NCBI GenBank assembly: GCA_002269645.1
Contig: NIVC01000303.1
Location: forward strand, 503,819 to 567,818
Length of the DNA: 64,000 bases
From: Macrostomum lignano
Taxonomy: Eukaryota
Direction of reading: 5' to 3'
This document shows positions 23,602 to 36,880 of the stretch, piece by piece. Positions within the stretch are counted from its first letter, which is position 1. Each line of letters opens with the position of its first letter. The notes beneath the pieces are model-generated. The model was not told the origin of the DNA. It ran no database searches and was given only the letters and a program-made list of their open reading frames with translations. A program made the position numbers and the translations under genes.

Positions 23602-26098
23602 ATGGCATCTTCTGGAGTGGATATGGAATTAAAAGAGGTAGGTAAGCTGTAAACTTGTCTTAACTAAAACAGTATTATGCCATAATTTATACAATACTAC
23701 TATGCAATACTTTGAATGTTGTCTTTGCGACTGTACTACACTATGGTATTATATCAAGTTGTCTTTCTCTATGATAGAGATTTTAATTTTATATATTGGT
23801 TATGCTTTATGCCTAGATTCTAGAATTTGCTAAATTAATGTAATTAATTAGGGTAGACTAATAGACTATGGGCATCTAAACCAGGAAAATCCTATACCAG
23901 GATTTTCTAATATACATATTGCCTTCCAAACTATGGCCTGGTAAAAATATTATTAAGGTAGCTGTTATTGTTATAATTTGACCTTATAAATAGCAAAATG
24001 GTGTGTATTTTATGATCAACAAATAAATCAAATACAATATAAATTAAGTACTTAACTTGCAATGCAAAAAATAAATTATAGTTGTTCTTATATTTGATCT
24101 TAGACTTACTGCTTAGCTAGCTTATTTAACTGTCTTTTTTCTTGACTTAATGTAATTGCTAACTACAAAGTAGTATAATTAAAATATCTTTCAGTAAGCA
24201 ATAAAATAGCTATTTTGCTTCTTAAATACAATAATTGTAAAATAGTTTTGTAATTTTATAGCTAAAACTTTATAGATAACTTTATAGAAACTGCAGTTGT
24301 GTTTATAATGTTGGAGCTAATAGGCACATCCACTGTGTAAGCTTACATAGTACCATTGTTTTAAATTTTGGTAATGAAGAGATTGCTGCCATCTCTAGTG
24401 TTGAATATATTTTATATTAGATATATAGCCACCCATGTATCTTTAAGTATGAACTCATTCAATATTAATGACATGGTTATTGGCATTTTGCAGACCTTAT
24501 TGACATGGCTAGTATTTCCAGTGTGAGATGCATTCTATATTATATGGGCATGGCTGCTATGTTTATAAGCTCTAATATTATAGACACAATGGCTTAGCTG
24601 TGTTTATAAGTATGGATCTAATCACTATTGAGACAGCCACTATTTCTAATAGTTTTTAGATTATAGACATGGTTGCTATTTCTTTAACTGTAGTGAAAAC
24701 CTTAAGCCTAGATAGTATAAGCATATGTATTTTATCTGTTGATTATAAAAATAGTAAAATGGTGACTTAGACTTATTATGATCCCAACTATGATCTAAGT
24801 AGTAATCACATTATAGGAAAATGCAAAACAGAGTATTAATAATAGGTAGTTGATATTTTGACAGTGACCATAATTCTATAAATAGTGAAATAGTGAATGG
24901 TCAGTGGTAGAAATATATTAAATTATATCATTTAATTAATACATAAATAAGCCTTAAATATAAAACAGAGATTAAAAATATCAAATAATAAAATAATAAT
25001 TTTTATACTGATTGACAATTGTATCATACTATATTATATTGTTATCATAATTGATTTTTAAACTTGAATTTTTTAGAAACTTAAAAGGGGTCTTGCCTTT
25101 GACCCTATAGACTTTCTAGTTTTCAAGATATCAAGTTCTGAATTGCAAATTTCAGCAATTTTCTATAATAGATAGTAAGCTGAAATAAAAACTTTTATTA
25201 GTGTGGTTTAGACTCTTTAGTCTTTACCTCAGTATTATGATTGATGCCTTGATATAAGTAACTAAAAAACTAGGCAGAACAGTGGATTCATCAACAAATC
25301 TTAAGCATAGTATGGAACTAGATCAAGAAATAAAATGAGATGTAGAATAAGCAAAGATAAAAAATGGCCTCTGATAACATTTCTATATGGGGCTCTATTT
25401 ATAATATATTTAAGTTGGTTAAAAGTAAAAAAATGGAAAATAACTCTTGAAAATGTATGTAAACATTTATATTTGATTAGAAAGATCATTTCTTATTTCA
25501 TATATTATAGCATAAATCTTTCATTTTGTTTTTATATAGGGCCAGGCCTAGTTTAAATTATAGATTTTTAATATTTAAGAAAAAATCCAAGTGATATCAA
25601 GTTTTGTAAATTCTTCCCCAAGTTTGTGTGATATCCCAGACTGACATGCACCAGCTAACTTAAAGAAATTAAAGAAAAATACAATGATTTGATCAAAGAA
25701 ATTCTTAAAAGCCTTCACATTAATTAGATTTGTAATGTCAATACGCTTTCACAACTTAACAGGCCATCACCCAGCTGCAGCAGAAGAAGCTGCAGACTAA
25801 CCAACAGCTTATGTTTCAAAGCCGCCAAATGGATCAGCTACAAAAAGATGTTCGCCACAGGCAGCTGGTACTCGAGGAGCTTGCCAGCATCAACCCCGAA
25901 GGTCGTGTCTATTCATCTGTGGGGCGCATGTTCATGCTGCAACCTGTTGACGAAATTCGCGCAGAAATTCGTACAAAGATCTCGGCCTCTGAGGAGAAAG
26001 CGAAAACTCTAGAAGCTAATAAAACTTATCTGGAGCAGAGTCTGAAGGAGGCCGAGAACAATCTGAGAGAGATGATTCAAGCTAAGCATGGCAAATAA
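23602..26098 (+). CDS. PFDN1: Prefoldin subunit 1; exons 23602-23637 and 25763-26098
   Basis: MASSGVDMELKE|AITQLQQKKLQT..VYSSVGRMF..KTYLEQSLKEAENNLREMI matches the PFDN1 pattern; GT-AG sites in phase 0. Confidence 0.9.
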
Positions 26099-26339
26099 GT
26101 TTCCTGTTTCACTCAATTTGGACTCTTGCGTCTGTACTGACATCTCTAAATAGCCTACTCTGCTTGTTTTAGCTGAAGGTTTTTTATAATTACAATATTA
26201 GTAATAAGCTTAATGCAGTGCCGTGTATGCTCAGTACATGAGAGCATTCTCTATAGTTACTGTTTGTGTTTTTATACATTCTCTAAAATGGTCATTCTTC
26301 TACTTTATTGTGCTAATTTTCTTTAACAAGTGTTAATAA

Positions 26340-27010
26340 CCCAGATCCTTAGTAGCTGGGCCAGCCTCCCAGATCCTCAGTTGCTGGGCCAGCCTCCCAG
26401 ATCCTTAGTTGCTGGGCCAGCCTCCCAGATGCTCTGTTTCTGGGCCAGTCTCCCAGATCCTCAGTTGCTGGGCCAGCCTCACAGATCCTCAGTTGCTGGG
26501 CCAGCCTCTCAGAGTGTCAGTTGCTGGGCCAGCCTCCCAGACGCTCTGTTTCTGGGCCAGCCTCACAGATCCTCAGTTGCTGGGCCAGCCTCCCAGATCC
26601 TCAGTTGCTGTGCCATCCTCTCAGAGTGTCAGTTGCTGGGCCAGCCTTCCAGATCCTCAGTTGCTGGGCCAGCCTCACAGATCCTCAGTTGCTGGGCCAG
26701 CCTCCCAGATCCTCAGTTGCTGGGCCAGCCTCCCAGATCCTCAGTTGCTGTGCCATCCTCTCAGAGTGTCAGTTGCTGGGCCAGCCTTCCAGATCCTCAG
26801 TTGCTGGGCCAGCCTCACAGATCCTCAGTTGCTGGGCCAGCCTTCCAGATCCTCAGTTGCTGTGCCATCCTCTCAGAGTGTCAGTTGCTGGGCCAGCCTT
26901 CCAGATCCTCAGTTGCTGGGCCAGCCTCACAGATCCTCAGTTGCTGGGCCAGCCTTCCAGATCCTTAGTTGCTGGGCCAGCCTTCCAGATCCTCAGTTGC
27001 TGGGCCAGCC
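26340..27010. repeat. 28-bp minisatellite between PFDN1 and ECHDC3
   Basis: CCAGCCTCCCAGATCCTCAGTTGCTGGG units. Confidence 0.95.
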
Positions 27011-27083
27011 ATTAGATATGATTGCCACACCCGTTTAGTCTACTGTAAGTAGCTGAAATGTAGTTTGTTTTCCAATTCAATGC

Positions 27084-30000
27084 ATGCATACCTCAATGAC
27101 ATCAGTTGCCGCAGCTGGCGCCCGTGCTCTCTGGCACCGGTTCCCTCGGCGACTCGCCTCGACCTCGGCTTCGCCGCCGGTTGTTAGCGAAGTTCGCGAC
27201 TCGGTCGCCCGAGTGACGCTGGCCAATCCGAAGCAGCGCAACTCGCTGTCGTTGGAGACGCTTCGCCTGTTGGAGTCGACGCTGAATAAACACGCAGACG
27301 ACTCGGCAGTTCGGGCTGTGTTGCTTCGCTCCGACGGTCCCGTGTTCAGCTCCGGGCACCATCTGCGCGAGATGGACCAAGGCGAAGCACTGCGCCGCGA
27401 TGTCATGTCGCAGTGCTCGCGACTGATGCTGCGGTTGCACAGCCTGCCCCTGCCTGTGATTGCCCAGGTGCGTCCATTGTGTGCTTGTCGAGTCCTTTTC
27501 CTATCTCTCTGTCTTCCCCTCTTCCCCTACCTGTCTTCCCCTCTTCCCCTACCTGTCTTTCGCTCTTCCCCTACCTGTCTTTTCCTCTTCCCCTACACTG
27601 TCTTCCCCTCTTCCCCTACCTGTCTTCCCCTCTTCCCCTACACTGTCTTCCCCTCTTCCCCTACCTGTCTTCCCCTCTTCCCCTACCTGTCTTTCCCTCT
27701 TCCCCTACCTGTATTCCCCTCTTCCCCTACACTGTCTTCCCCTCTGCCCCTACCTGTCTTCCCCTCTTCCTCTACACGTCTTCCCCTCTTCCCCTACCTG
27801 TCTTCCCCTCTTCCTCTACACGTCTTCCCCTCTTCCCCTACACTGTCTTCCCCTCTTCCCCTACCTGTCTTCCCCTCTTCCCCTACCTGTCTTTTCCCTC
27901 TTCCCCTACCTGTCTTTTCCCTCTTCCCCTACCTGTCTTTTCCTCTTCCCCTACACTGTCTTCCCCTCTTCCCCTACCTGTCTTCCCCTCTTCCCCTACC
28001 TGTCTTTCCCTCTTCCCCTACCTGTATTCCCCTCTTCCCCTACACTGTCTTCCCCTCTTCCTCTACACGTCTTCCCCTCTTCCCCTACCTGTCTTCCCCT
28101 CTTCCTCTACACGTCTTCCCCTCTTCCCCTACACTGTCTTCCCCTCTTCCCCTACCTGTCTTCCCCTCTTCCCCTACCTGTCTTTTCCCTCTTCCCCTAC
28201 CTGTCTTCCCCCTCTTCCCCTACCTGTCTTTCCCTCTTCCCCTACCTGTATTCCCCTCTTTAATTCCCCTACCTGTTTTCCACTCTTCCCCTACCTGTCT
28301 TCCCCTCTTCCCCATCTGTCTTCCCCTCTTTCCCTACCCGTATTCCCCTCTTCCCCTACCTGTCTTCCCCTCCTCCCCTACCTGTCTTCCCTTCTTCCCC
28401 TACCTGTCTTTCCCTCTTCCCCTACCTGTCTTCCCCCTCTTCCCCTACCTGTCTTCCCCTCTTCCCCTACCTGTCTTCCCCTCTTCCCCTACCTGTCTTC
28501 CCCTCCCCCTACCTGTCTTCCCTTCTTCCCCTACCTGTCTTCCCCTCTTCCCCTACCTGTCTTCCCTTCTTCCCCTACCTGTCTTCCCCTCTTCCCCTAC
28601 CTGTCTTCTCCTCTTCCCCTACCTGTCTTCCCCTCTTCCCCTACCTGTCTTCCCCTCTTCCCCTACCTGTCTTCCCCTCTTCCCCTACCTGTCTTCCCCT
28701 CTTCTCCTACCTGTCTTTCTCTTCTTCCCCTGCTTGTCTTTCCCCTCTTCCCCATCTATCTATCTTCCCTTTTTCCTCTTCCCCTACCTGTCTGTCAAGT
28801 TACCGTAGATAATTAAATGGCTATCCTGCCCGTCTCCCATCCCATGCAGGTGTCCGGCCTGGCCACAGCGGCCGGCTGCCAACTGGTGGTCTCCTGCGAC
28901 CTGGCCGTGGCCGCCTCCAGCGCTCGGTTCGCCACACCCGGAGTGAAAATTGGCCTGTTCTGCTCCACTCCCGCCGTGGCCTTGGCCCGATCTGTAAACG
29001 GTTAGTTGGGCTAAATTCTGCTATTATATGCAAAAGCACCTATAGAACAACTACTACGAGTATTTTCGTTATACAAGCGTAAGTAGAAAATATTAAATTT
29101 GTGCACAAAGCGATTATAATTTTCATATTATCCCGACCGAAAATAATCGCCCTTTGAATGCGTCAAATGGCACATAAAAATGAATTGGAGCGAAGCGCAA
29201 AATAACTGTCGAAACGAGAGGAAAATTGAGCGAATCGACAATCGGTGGCACAGCTTGGCACAAATATAACTGTGCCAAGCTGTGCCAATTGGCTCATTTG
29301 ACACAATTAAGAATCAATTTTTTTATTGTGCACTACTACGCCACAGCTGTGCCACCAACTGTGTCAGTCGTCTAAGCTTTTTTTGAATGCTTATAATTGT
29401 GCACAACTGTGCCATAAATGTACCATTTGGGACCATACGAGTAAATGTGCAGTTTGAAACAGTTAAACTAGGCGCGTAATGTGCCATATGATGCTGTAAA
29501 TGCTGCAAGTCAGCTAATGCGAGTATAGCTGACTCGTTAGTCAACTACGAGTTATGAAGTAGCTAAAATTTTGCGAGAAGTAGATGTTTGAATGAGGGAA
29601 GACAATTTGTAAAGAGTTGTCAATGTAAATTAAACTTTTGAACAGATATTAGCTATATATTTGAAGGAAAGTAGCAAAAAGGACAAAAACATGTGTAAAA
29701 CAGGAAAAGGGAAGGCTGTGGAATGTAAAAATGCATAAGTGGAAGCTAACAGAAAGAAACATACATAGAGGAGACAAAAGCAACCTAATACGATTACGCT
29801 CGCTCGCTCGTAATAAAGCGCGGTGCGTGCATGAAAATTGTGGTACCAACAAAATAGAGCTTAATACATTTGAAACGAAAACTTAATGTAAAAAATTGAC
29901 TATTGAATAGACTACACGCAGCAAAGAAGTTTTAATTTAACAATATTTAAATAGATGAAAACATTGGTACAAAAATTTAAAGAACAACAACAAACAACAA

Positions 30001-33000
30001 AACAAGCAAGCAACCAGACAAACAGAAAAAAACAACTAGGGAACCAACTCTTATACCACTATACCCTATAGGTTTTTAGTCAGACACCAAGCCTGATTCC
30101 AGGTGTTATTCTAATTTACGAGCCTGGAGCTAACTATAGTAATGTAGTTGGTTAGTCTACGTGGGAAGGAGCATATTTCCGGGGGAAAACAAAACCAGAA
30201 ACGTGGGGGAAGACAGGCCAAGCTAGACGGCTCCCGCATCTGCCAAACAAGTTTAGTATTAATATATAGAAGTTACAGCTGATATCCCGCGTTCAGTCCT
30301 CGCGAGGTGCATTAGTCGCCTCCGACTGCACAGTGTCAGTGACATCGGCAGCCGCTCCTTGACGACGTTTCTTTACAGGCAAACGTCCGTACCGCTTTTC
30401 ACGTCGACTGACTGTGATGGAGCACCGAACGTATGCCTGTTCAACCGCTTTCATATTGGTTTGGATGTCGATTCCAGCCAGGTAATCGATAATTGCTTGT
30501 AAACGCCGCGCGTCCAGTGGCAGGCGTGGCCGACCAGGCTCAGTAGCGCGACCGCGCAACGACGTTATCAGCAGCTCGTCGTCGCTGAAGCAACCCCGCA
30601 CCATATCGCGGAGAAGTGCATTTAGGTCGGCCGGAGTTCTCGAATTTTTATATAGCTGTATTCGGGCCGTGACCCTGGTCCGGACGACATTGGACGTAAA
30701 GGCGAAACCGATAGGCTGCATAGGTGTGTTATTTAACAATTCGAGTAAATGGGATATGTGTGCGATCATAAATGAAGGACTACGAGTATTAATAGCTTAC
30801 CGTAGCATCAAGTGCCTCGTCGTCGTGGGCCAGCATATCGTCAAGTGTAACGGCTGGGTCCGCAAGCTGATCGAGATGTTGCGTGATATGTTGCTTTGTT
30901 TCTTTAGTAATGACGTCAAGCAAACGCGGTTGTGCCAGTTTAGAGCGTCTAAACAGATCGTGCCGCATTTAGTCAATGACAACCTGCCGATCATCCGCCG
31001 AAATCGAAGCTACTGACGTCGCAGCCTCGGTGCAAGTTGCGAAGCCTGCGGTCCAGTTGCTTGCGTTACGGCGTTAATGAGTTTCTCGTTTTGCTGCGTC
31101 AATTGATCCCGGACGCAAGCTCATCTCGCTCGAGCTCACACTTTCGAAACTCGGACGAATTTCGTTTAATATTTGCTCATAAATTTGACACAATTGGTCC
31201 CTAGATGTGAATCAGATATCAAAACGAGATGTAATTTTACAATGAAGTAACGGAAACGGAAATTCGATACCACGTTTATTATGGAGAAATGCAAAGAAAT
31301 ATAAAACGACCCTTTTCTGGAAAATGTAATCAACCACAATAAGGAGCAACTGCGTTATGCATCAAACAATTCAGAGTGAATCTTGAAAACTTACATTCAC
31401 ATCAAATCACGAAGGTACTCTCGTGTAATACATTTACCTATTATCTACAACATGACACCTTACATGCACTTCTAGAGGGTCCAGCGGCAGTGGCACCTTC
31501 GATTTGCGCAACTTTGTTACCGCCCCTAGGCTGACTTGACACGCTCTGTCGCTTGAGCCGTTTTCGCAATACAGCTTCCGCCTTCGATGCAGCTGCCAGC
31601 ATTTCTTGCGCCTTCCTTCGCATCTCATCTATAGTCTGCTGCTGCATCACAAAATCATTCTCCTGCTGCTGCGCCTTTTTTGCTGCAGTTTCAATCGCAC
31701 ACTGTTCCTCCATCTTCTTCTGCAGTCTGCGGCATGCACTGCGCCTTAGCTTTGGTAGCAGTGGGTAAGTCGCAGTGGGCAGACTTTTCTGGAAAAAGTC
31801 TGAAAAAGTCAAACTTTTCAGGATTTGACTTTTTGACCTCCGAGTTTGAGGCACGCAACCTGGTGACTTCAAGATGCTCATCCACTGCAATGACAGTGCT
31901 CATAGATTTGGCGACCCTTAACATGGTTCTGTCGAAGTTGAAGTGCTCTCCGAGTAGGCAATCAGGGTTGACAAAGCGAAGAGCTCGGAGGATATTATTC
32001 TACAGCAACAGAAATGGAAATCGCAAACGCTCTTGTAGAATCCGATGCGATCAATTGGCGACAGTCTGTCAACAGTCTCACGGGTCTTGCCACCAATCAC
32101 CAGACTTCATTGTCCAACTGATTGGAGCATTCCTTGGCACAATCGGCGAGGTCTGATAGAGAGTTGGTCTCATTGACAATGTCTTGGACAAAGCACGTCA
32201 GGATGCAGCCGCAGAGTTCATCCAGTGACAATGAAACAATGTTGGCTTAGTGTATGTAATTATAAAACTCATTTAGCGCAGAATTGACAGCATTTCAAAG
32301 ATAATAGCGCAGTAGCGCAGCTGAAACAAAATAACGCAGTAGCGCTAAAATAGCGCAGGTATGGCAACTACAACTATATCACAACCGAATGTGCTATTGT
32401 ACATTACCAGCTCTAGCGCCGCCTGCCTCTGTGGTGCGTCCATGGTGACACAATGAACATGAAACCGCATGACAGAGTGCCGGCGATCAATGACTTCAAT
32501 GACTTCATCAATGACAAAGTCGAATTTTTTTCAACGCTGCATAAGGTACTCTGCAGTTAGCATCTTCGTTTTGCAACCCCATAGGCCACACACGACGAGG
32601 AAGCGGGACTTGTGCGTATCGGACAATTCATTGACGCTAATATAGACGGGACACATTTCATAGCGAGACGTCTTGTACATTGCAAACCCGTCCATGTTCA
32701 GCGTGTAAGTTAAGTCCGCCCTGTAGTTCAGCCTGGTACCGCATGCGCGCTTAAATTCGGCGTACTTCTCGCTGTTAGCATAGTGAATGGTGTCTGGTTC
32801 GCTAGTCATGTCGGCCGGGAAGGTGACATGCTGAAGGTACGAGCGACATTCGAGTGCGGACTACAGTTGTCGACCGATATCAAACTGCCAGTAACGGTTC
32901 AAGCTTAAGAACGCTCCGCGACATTGTCGACAACCGTCTCGGGTCGCCTCGGCGCTATCTGTGGCGGCCTTGCAGCTGCGACACACAGCGTAACATTCTG

Positions 33001-35045
33001 TGTTGCATCCAGTAGTGTCATTGACACTATCCAGATAATACACATAGCGTTGGAAATGGCTCCCGACAGGCAGCAGTTCGTCCAGTAGGCGCAATAAACG
33101 GTCTGTCCCTTCGCGAGTCAATGATTCGGTCTCGGCGAACTCCGTTAGTAATAGCGCCGTCTCGATGTATGTTCGACGCGCACCTTGATAGATTGGCTTG
33201 TCATTGACATGCTGTGGCGTCGGTCACGGTGTAGCTGGTTTTGAAGCTTTCGACGATGTCTAAGACTAATATTGCGAACCGCATTTGGCACAGCTTTTCT
33301 GTGGTTGACCTTTAGCATTGCATCTCTAAGCCTGTTCTTAAATGCCATGTGTACACTGAAATGGGAAATACATTACGAATTACGAAATACATATGATAGC
33401 TTTATCCCTATTAAATTTATAGCTTCTTCCTAAACATGGATGGCCGTAAAACCAGGTATTGGTCGTATATGGTGCCAAGTTACAACATTTGAAATCTGGT
33501 GCGGTAAAGCCACTAATCTCAGTGAACAACGCATAACTGCACTTGTGTATATTATGATTCCTATTCTATAAGTAACTTAAAAAATGAAGACTACACAGAT
33601 TCTATGTGGCCGTTAATATTGCGAAAAGAATATTTATTGATCAAGGAGTAAAAGACTAAAGATCAATTTATAAACTACACGCCGTACTAAAATTTTATAA
33701 TGCCGTATTTAATGCCGTATAATGCCGTATTTAACAGCAGCGAGCACACTTCATCATGCTGCGTACTTAATGCGGGAATATTTATGTATAATAAGGCATT
33801 TAATTAGGAACAAATCAAAGTTAACTATGTCATTGTTGAAAGGATAAACAACGCTAAAAATAAAAAATAATGAAATGAAAATTAATCAGTAATATTACCT
33901 TCATTAAGTAAGTTATTAGTGTTACTATTGATAGTATACATAACTTGGTAATGCAATATAGTATCTCACATCATATATTCATTATACTTTCTGCGCCACA
34001 CCACATGGTAATAAAAGTAAAGAATTAAAATGTAACTAATACAAAAACAATTCAACTTCAAACTTTCCTATTCATTTTGGTATCATATGTCTGATTGTGC
34101 CAGCAGTGTGATATAATATCATGATTAGCTATTCAACATAATCCACATTACTTAATGACACAATAAGACTTGAGTCATGTTTCAAAATAAACTTTCAAGA
34201 GTTACGATGTTCTACTGGATTCATTTTGTCAATGTGCATGCAGGCGTCTCACTCCTACGTGAGAATCCCGTGAGAACTTTGAAAATAAAGACATACACAG
34301 ACTGACAGACATTTATTTATAAGTGTGTCAAACGGCATAGCTATGGCACAACTGGTACAATTGTAGCGAGTGTGCCAAAAAGGACATACAAAGACAGTTA
34401 TAACTATGTCAAAGGGCATATTTGTGGCACAACTGGCACACTTGCACTGTTTTTGAAAGGACAAATATTTTCGGTCGGGCTTACCTACTCTACTTATATT
34501 AGAAATATAAGGATAAAAATGTGAAATAATTTAAGCAACGAATTTTATTTGCTTTTTTAAATCGTCAAACAAATCCTTTCACTAAACCTGACAGATCCCC
34601 AAATCCCTAAATTGTACACAAAGCTGGTGCTTCTTCCCACTATGCCTCTTACCACTTATTAATTAGTAACTTTTATCCTTTAATTTTACACCTGTCAGGC
34701 AAAATGGCAATGCGCATGCTGCTCACCGGCGAGCCAATCACAGCTCAGGAGGCGCTGGCCTCTGGCCTAGTCAGTCACGTGGCTGAGGACGCCGATTTAG
34801 AAGCTACTACGGAAACATTGGTTGCTATGGTTACCCGGCACAGTAGGCCAGTGGTTGCTATGGGCAAGCAAACATTCTATCAACAGGTGAAGCTGCCCAG
34901 AGATGAAGCTTACCGCCTGTGCGAGTCCACGATGCTGGCCAATCTCCGTCTGCCCGACGCTCAGGAAGGAATTGCGGCTTTCTTAGAAAAGCGACAACCG
35001 AATTGGAGCCATTCGGACAAGGAAGTTGTCGAGAAGCAGAAGTGA
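27084..35045 (+). CDS. ECHDC3: Enoyl-CoA hydratase domain-containing 3, mitochondrial; exons 27084-27467, 28850-29000, 34699-35045
   Basis: Arg/Ala-rich presequence, [65 protein letters not shown]; exon phases compatible. Confidence 0.92.
27505..28790. repeat. ~22-bp polypyrimidine minisatellite in ECHDC3 intron 1
   Basis: CTTCCCCTCTTCCCCTACCTGT units over about 1.3 kb. Confidence 0.96.
30293..30769 (-). CDS. BEN-domain-like ORF carried inside the CACTA element (upstream coiled-coil-like exons frameshifted)
   Basis: [37 protein letters not shown] fits the BEN pattern by eye; basic C-terminal KKRR. Confidence 0.6.
   Translation of the reverse strand: MIAHISHLLELLNNTPMQPIGFAFTSNVVRTRVTARIQLYKNSRTPADLNALLRDMVRGCFSDDELLITSLRGRATEPGRPRLPLDARRLQAIIDYLAGIDIQTNMKAVEQAYVRCSITVSRREKRYGRLPVKKRRQGAAADVTDTVQSEATNAPRED
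32531..33210 (-). pseudogene. CACTA (Transposase_21-type) transposase fragment with in-frame stop, truncated after the first catalytic Asp
   Basis: [28 protein letters not shown](TAG)..[32 protein letters not shown]. Confidence 0.82.
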
Positions 35046-35394
35046 CCGGTGCTTCAAGTTTTACATCATGTTTTTAAAAAAACTGAAATCGATACATATT
35101 TTATGAATTTGGCTTGATGTAAAATGATTTCTCTCTGATTATAATAAATCTATTTTTATCGTCATTTTTGTGCGCGATTCGCACTACTGATTTAGTCGAT
35201 TATGACCGTAGTAGTATGCAAGGCTTTTGTTCGGTAATTTTTCTATGAAAAGCTATAAAAATGAAAATCTAATTTAATAGATTAAATTAACAGAAACAAA
35301 TTTCGTTTTCTTGCATGCCAAGAACTGCATCTGGTGCGGTTGCACTTCAAATTTTAGTGGGTTAAATAACGACAAATTATTAAACTAAATCTAG

Positions 35395-35654
35395 TCTACA
35401 ATAAAGCTACAATCCTGGCCGCGGCCGCTACTCAAGATCAGATAGTTGGCGGAGTTGTCGGGGGCCTGCTCGCCCTAGTCCTGCTCAGCCTCTGTGTTGC
35501 CCTTTATTGTTACTTCCGTCGTAATCCCAGTCACTCCGGCGACTACGAGACTAACGAGGCGAAGGGCGCCGAACTGACCGACAATCCCGACGCCGCTGTG
35601 CGTTACGGCGCGGCGGCTGGGCAGCCGGATTTGCGAGAGGAATTCTACATGTGA
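35395..35654 (+). CDS. Orphan terminal exon: TM helix + band-4.1-binding motif + PDZ-binding tail (neurexin IV/CASPR/glycophorin C type)
   Basis: IVGGVVGGLLALVLLSLCVALYCYF-RRNPSHSGDYETNEAKGAELTDNPDAAV..EEFYM-stop; GC-rich island; no in-frame ATG; candidate acceptor AATCTAG at 35394. Confidence 0.75.
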
Positions 35655-36594
35655 TTTTTTAAAACATGTATAGCTACTTTCGATACATATCGGCAGGCTC
35701 TGTAAAACACGTTTTTAAGTGTTTTAACTGGTTTCTTGTAGAATAAAATCTCATTTCCTTTGATTTTACCTTCTTCAAAAAATGTATTAAACCAATACGT
35801 GTACCAAAACGTCTGTAGTTATTTATAATTGTTTTCGATACATATCGGTCGTGTAGAAATTTGAGGTATAAAGACAATTAAAATAAATAAACTAATCGAT
35901 ATTTTTTTAATTTGTTACCAGTCAGAATTTTTCCTTAAAACATCCCTCTGACTATTTGGGATTCGAACCTCAGGCGTTTATTGTTTTGAAACTGCCTTAA
36001 AATTAGATTTCGATACATATCGGGAGATGTTTTGATACGCATATCTGTAATTGAAGTTAGTTTAGTCAGAAGTTTCTTAAAATTCTTAAATGATTCAATT
36101 TGTATTATTCGATACATATCGGTGTAGCATAGAATCTGATCTTGGCTTATTAAAAGTTACAAAAGTATCAGGGGCTGGTGAAGACTCGTACCCCTGTCAT
36201 GTGTTGTAATAAGCTTCCTTTAGTCTGTCATAAGATTTGCACCCGATGAACTTAGACTACGATTCGCATTATGATCTATTTGCATATTTTTTTCATGTAT
36301 CAGTGATCATCATAGTACCATGTGCTCAATATTGCCTATTCTAGCGCCTAGTTGTGTAACTTTGTTTTTTTATAATAATGTACACTGCGGACAATGAATC
36401 TAATTTTTCTATGACTTTAAATTTGCTGTTTTGCTTCGCTTTTTGAAATTATTACTTTCCTGGTAATTTGTTCTTTATTCCAGTCGTTTAAAGTTGATAT
36501 GTTTGTCAATATTCTCTGAGCTTGTTCCTCTTTTTGGCTTGCTCTTTACAATATTATTTAGTGCAGCTTTTTTGTTTTTTCTATTTTAATCGTT

Positions 36595-36880
36595 GATCTT
36601 TAGATAAGGCCGCCAAACATTCCTTTGATCTTTAGATGAGGCCGGTAGGTAAAGATTCCTTTGATCCTTTGATAGCCTAAACTTCCTTTGATCTTTAGAA
36701 AAGGCCGCTAGGCTTTCCTTTGATCTTTAGATGAAGCCGGTAAACATTCCTTTGATCTTTTGATAAGGCCTCTAAACTTCCTTTGATCTTTTGATAAGGC
36801 CTCTAAACTTTCTTTGATCTTTTGATAAGGCCGCTAAACTTTCCTTTGATGTTTAGATGAGGCCGCTAAACTATCCTTTG
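36595..36880. repeat. ~31-bp degenerate tandem repeat
   Basis: TTCCTTTGATCTTTAGATGAGGCCGCTAAAC-like units. Confidence 0.85.

Larger units (their letters stand above)
29132..34479 (-). mobile_element. EnSpm/CACTA-superfamily DNA transposon (defective) in ECHDC3 intron 2
   Basis: TIRs CCCGACCGAAAATA.../...TATTTTCGGTCGGG; clustered subterminal GGCACA/TGTGCC repeats at both ends; internal transposase fragments. TSD not clearly retained. Confidence 0.85.
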
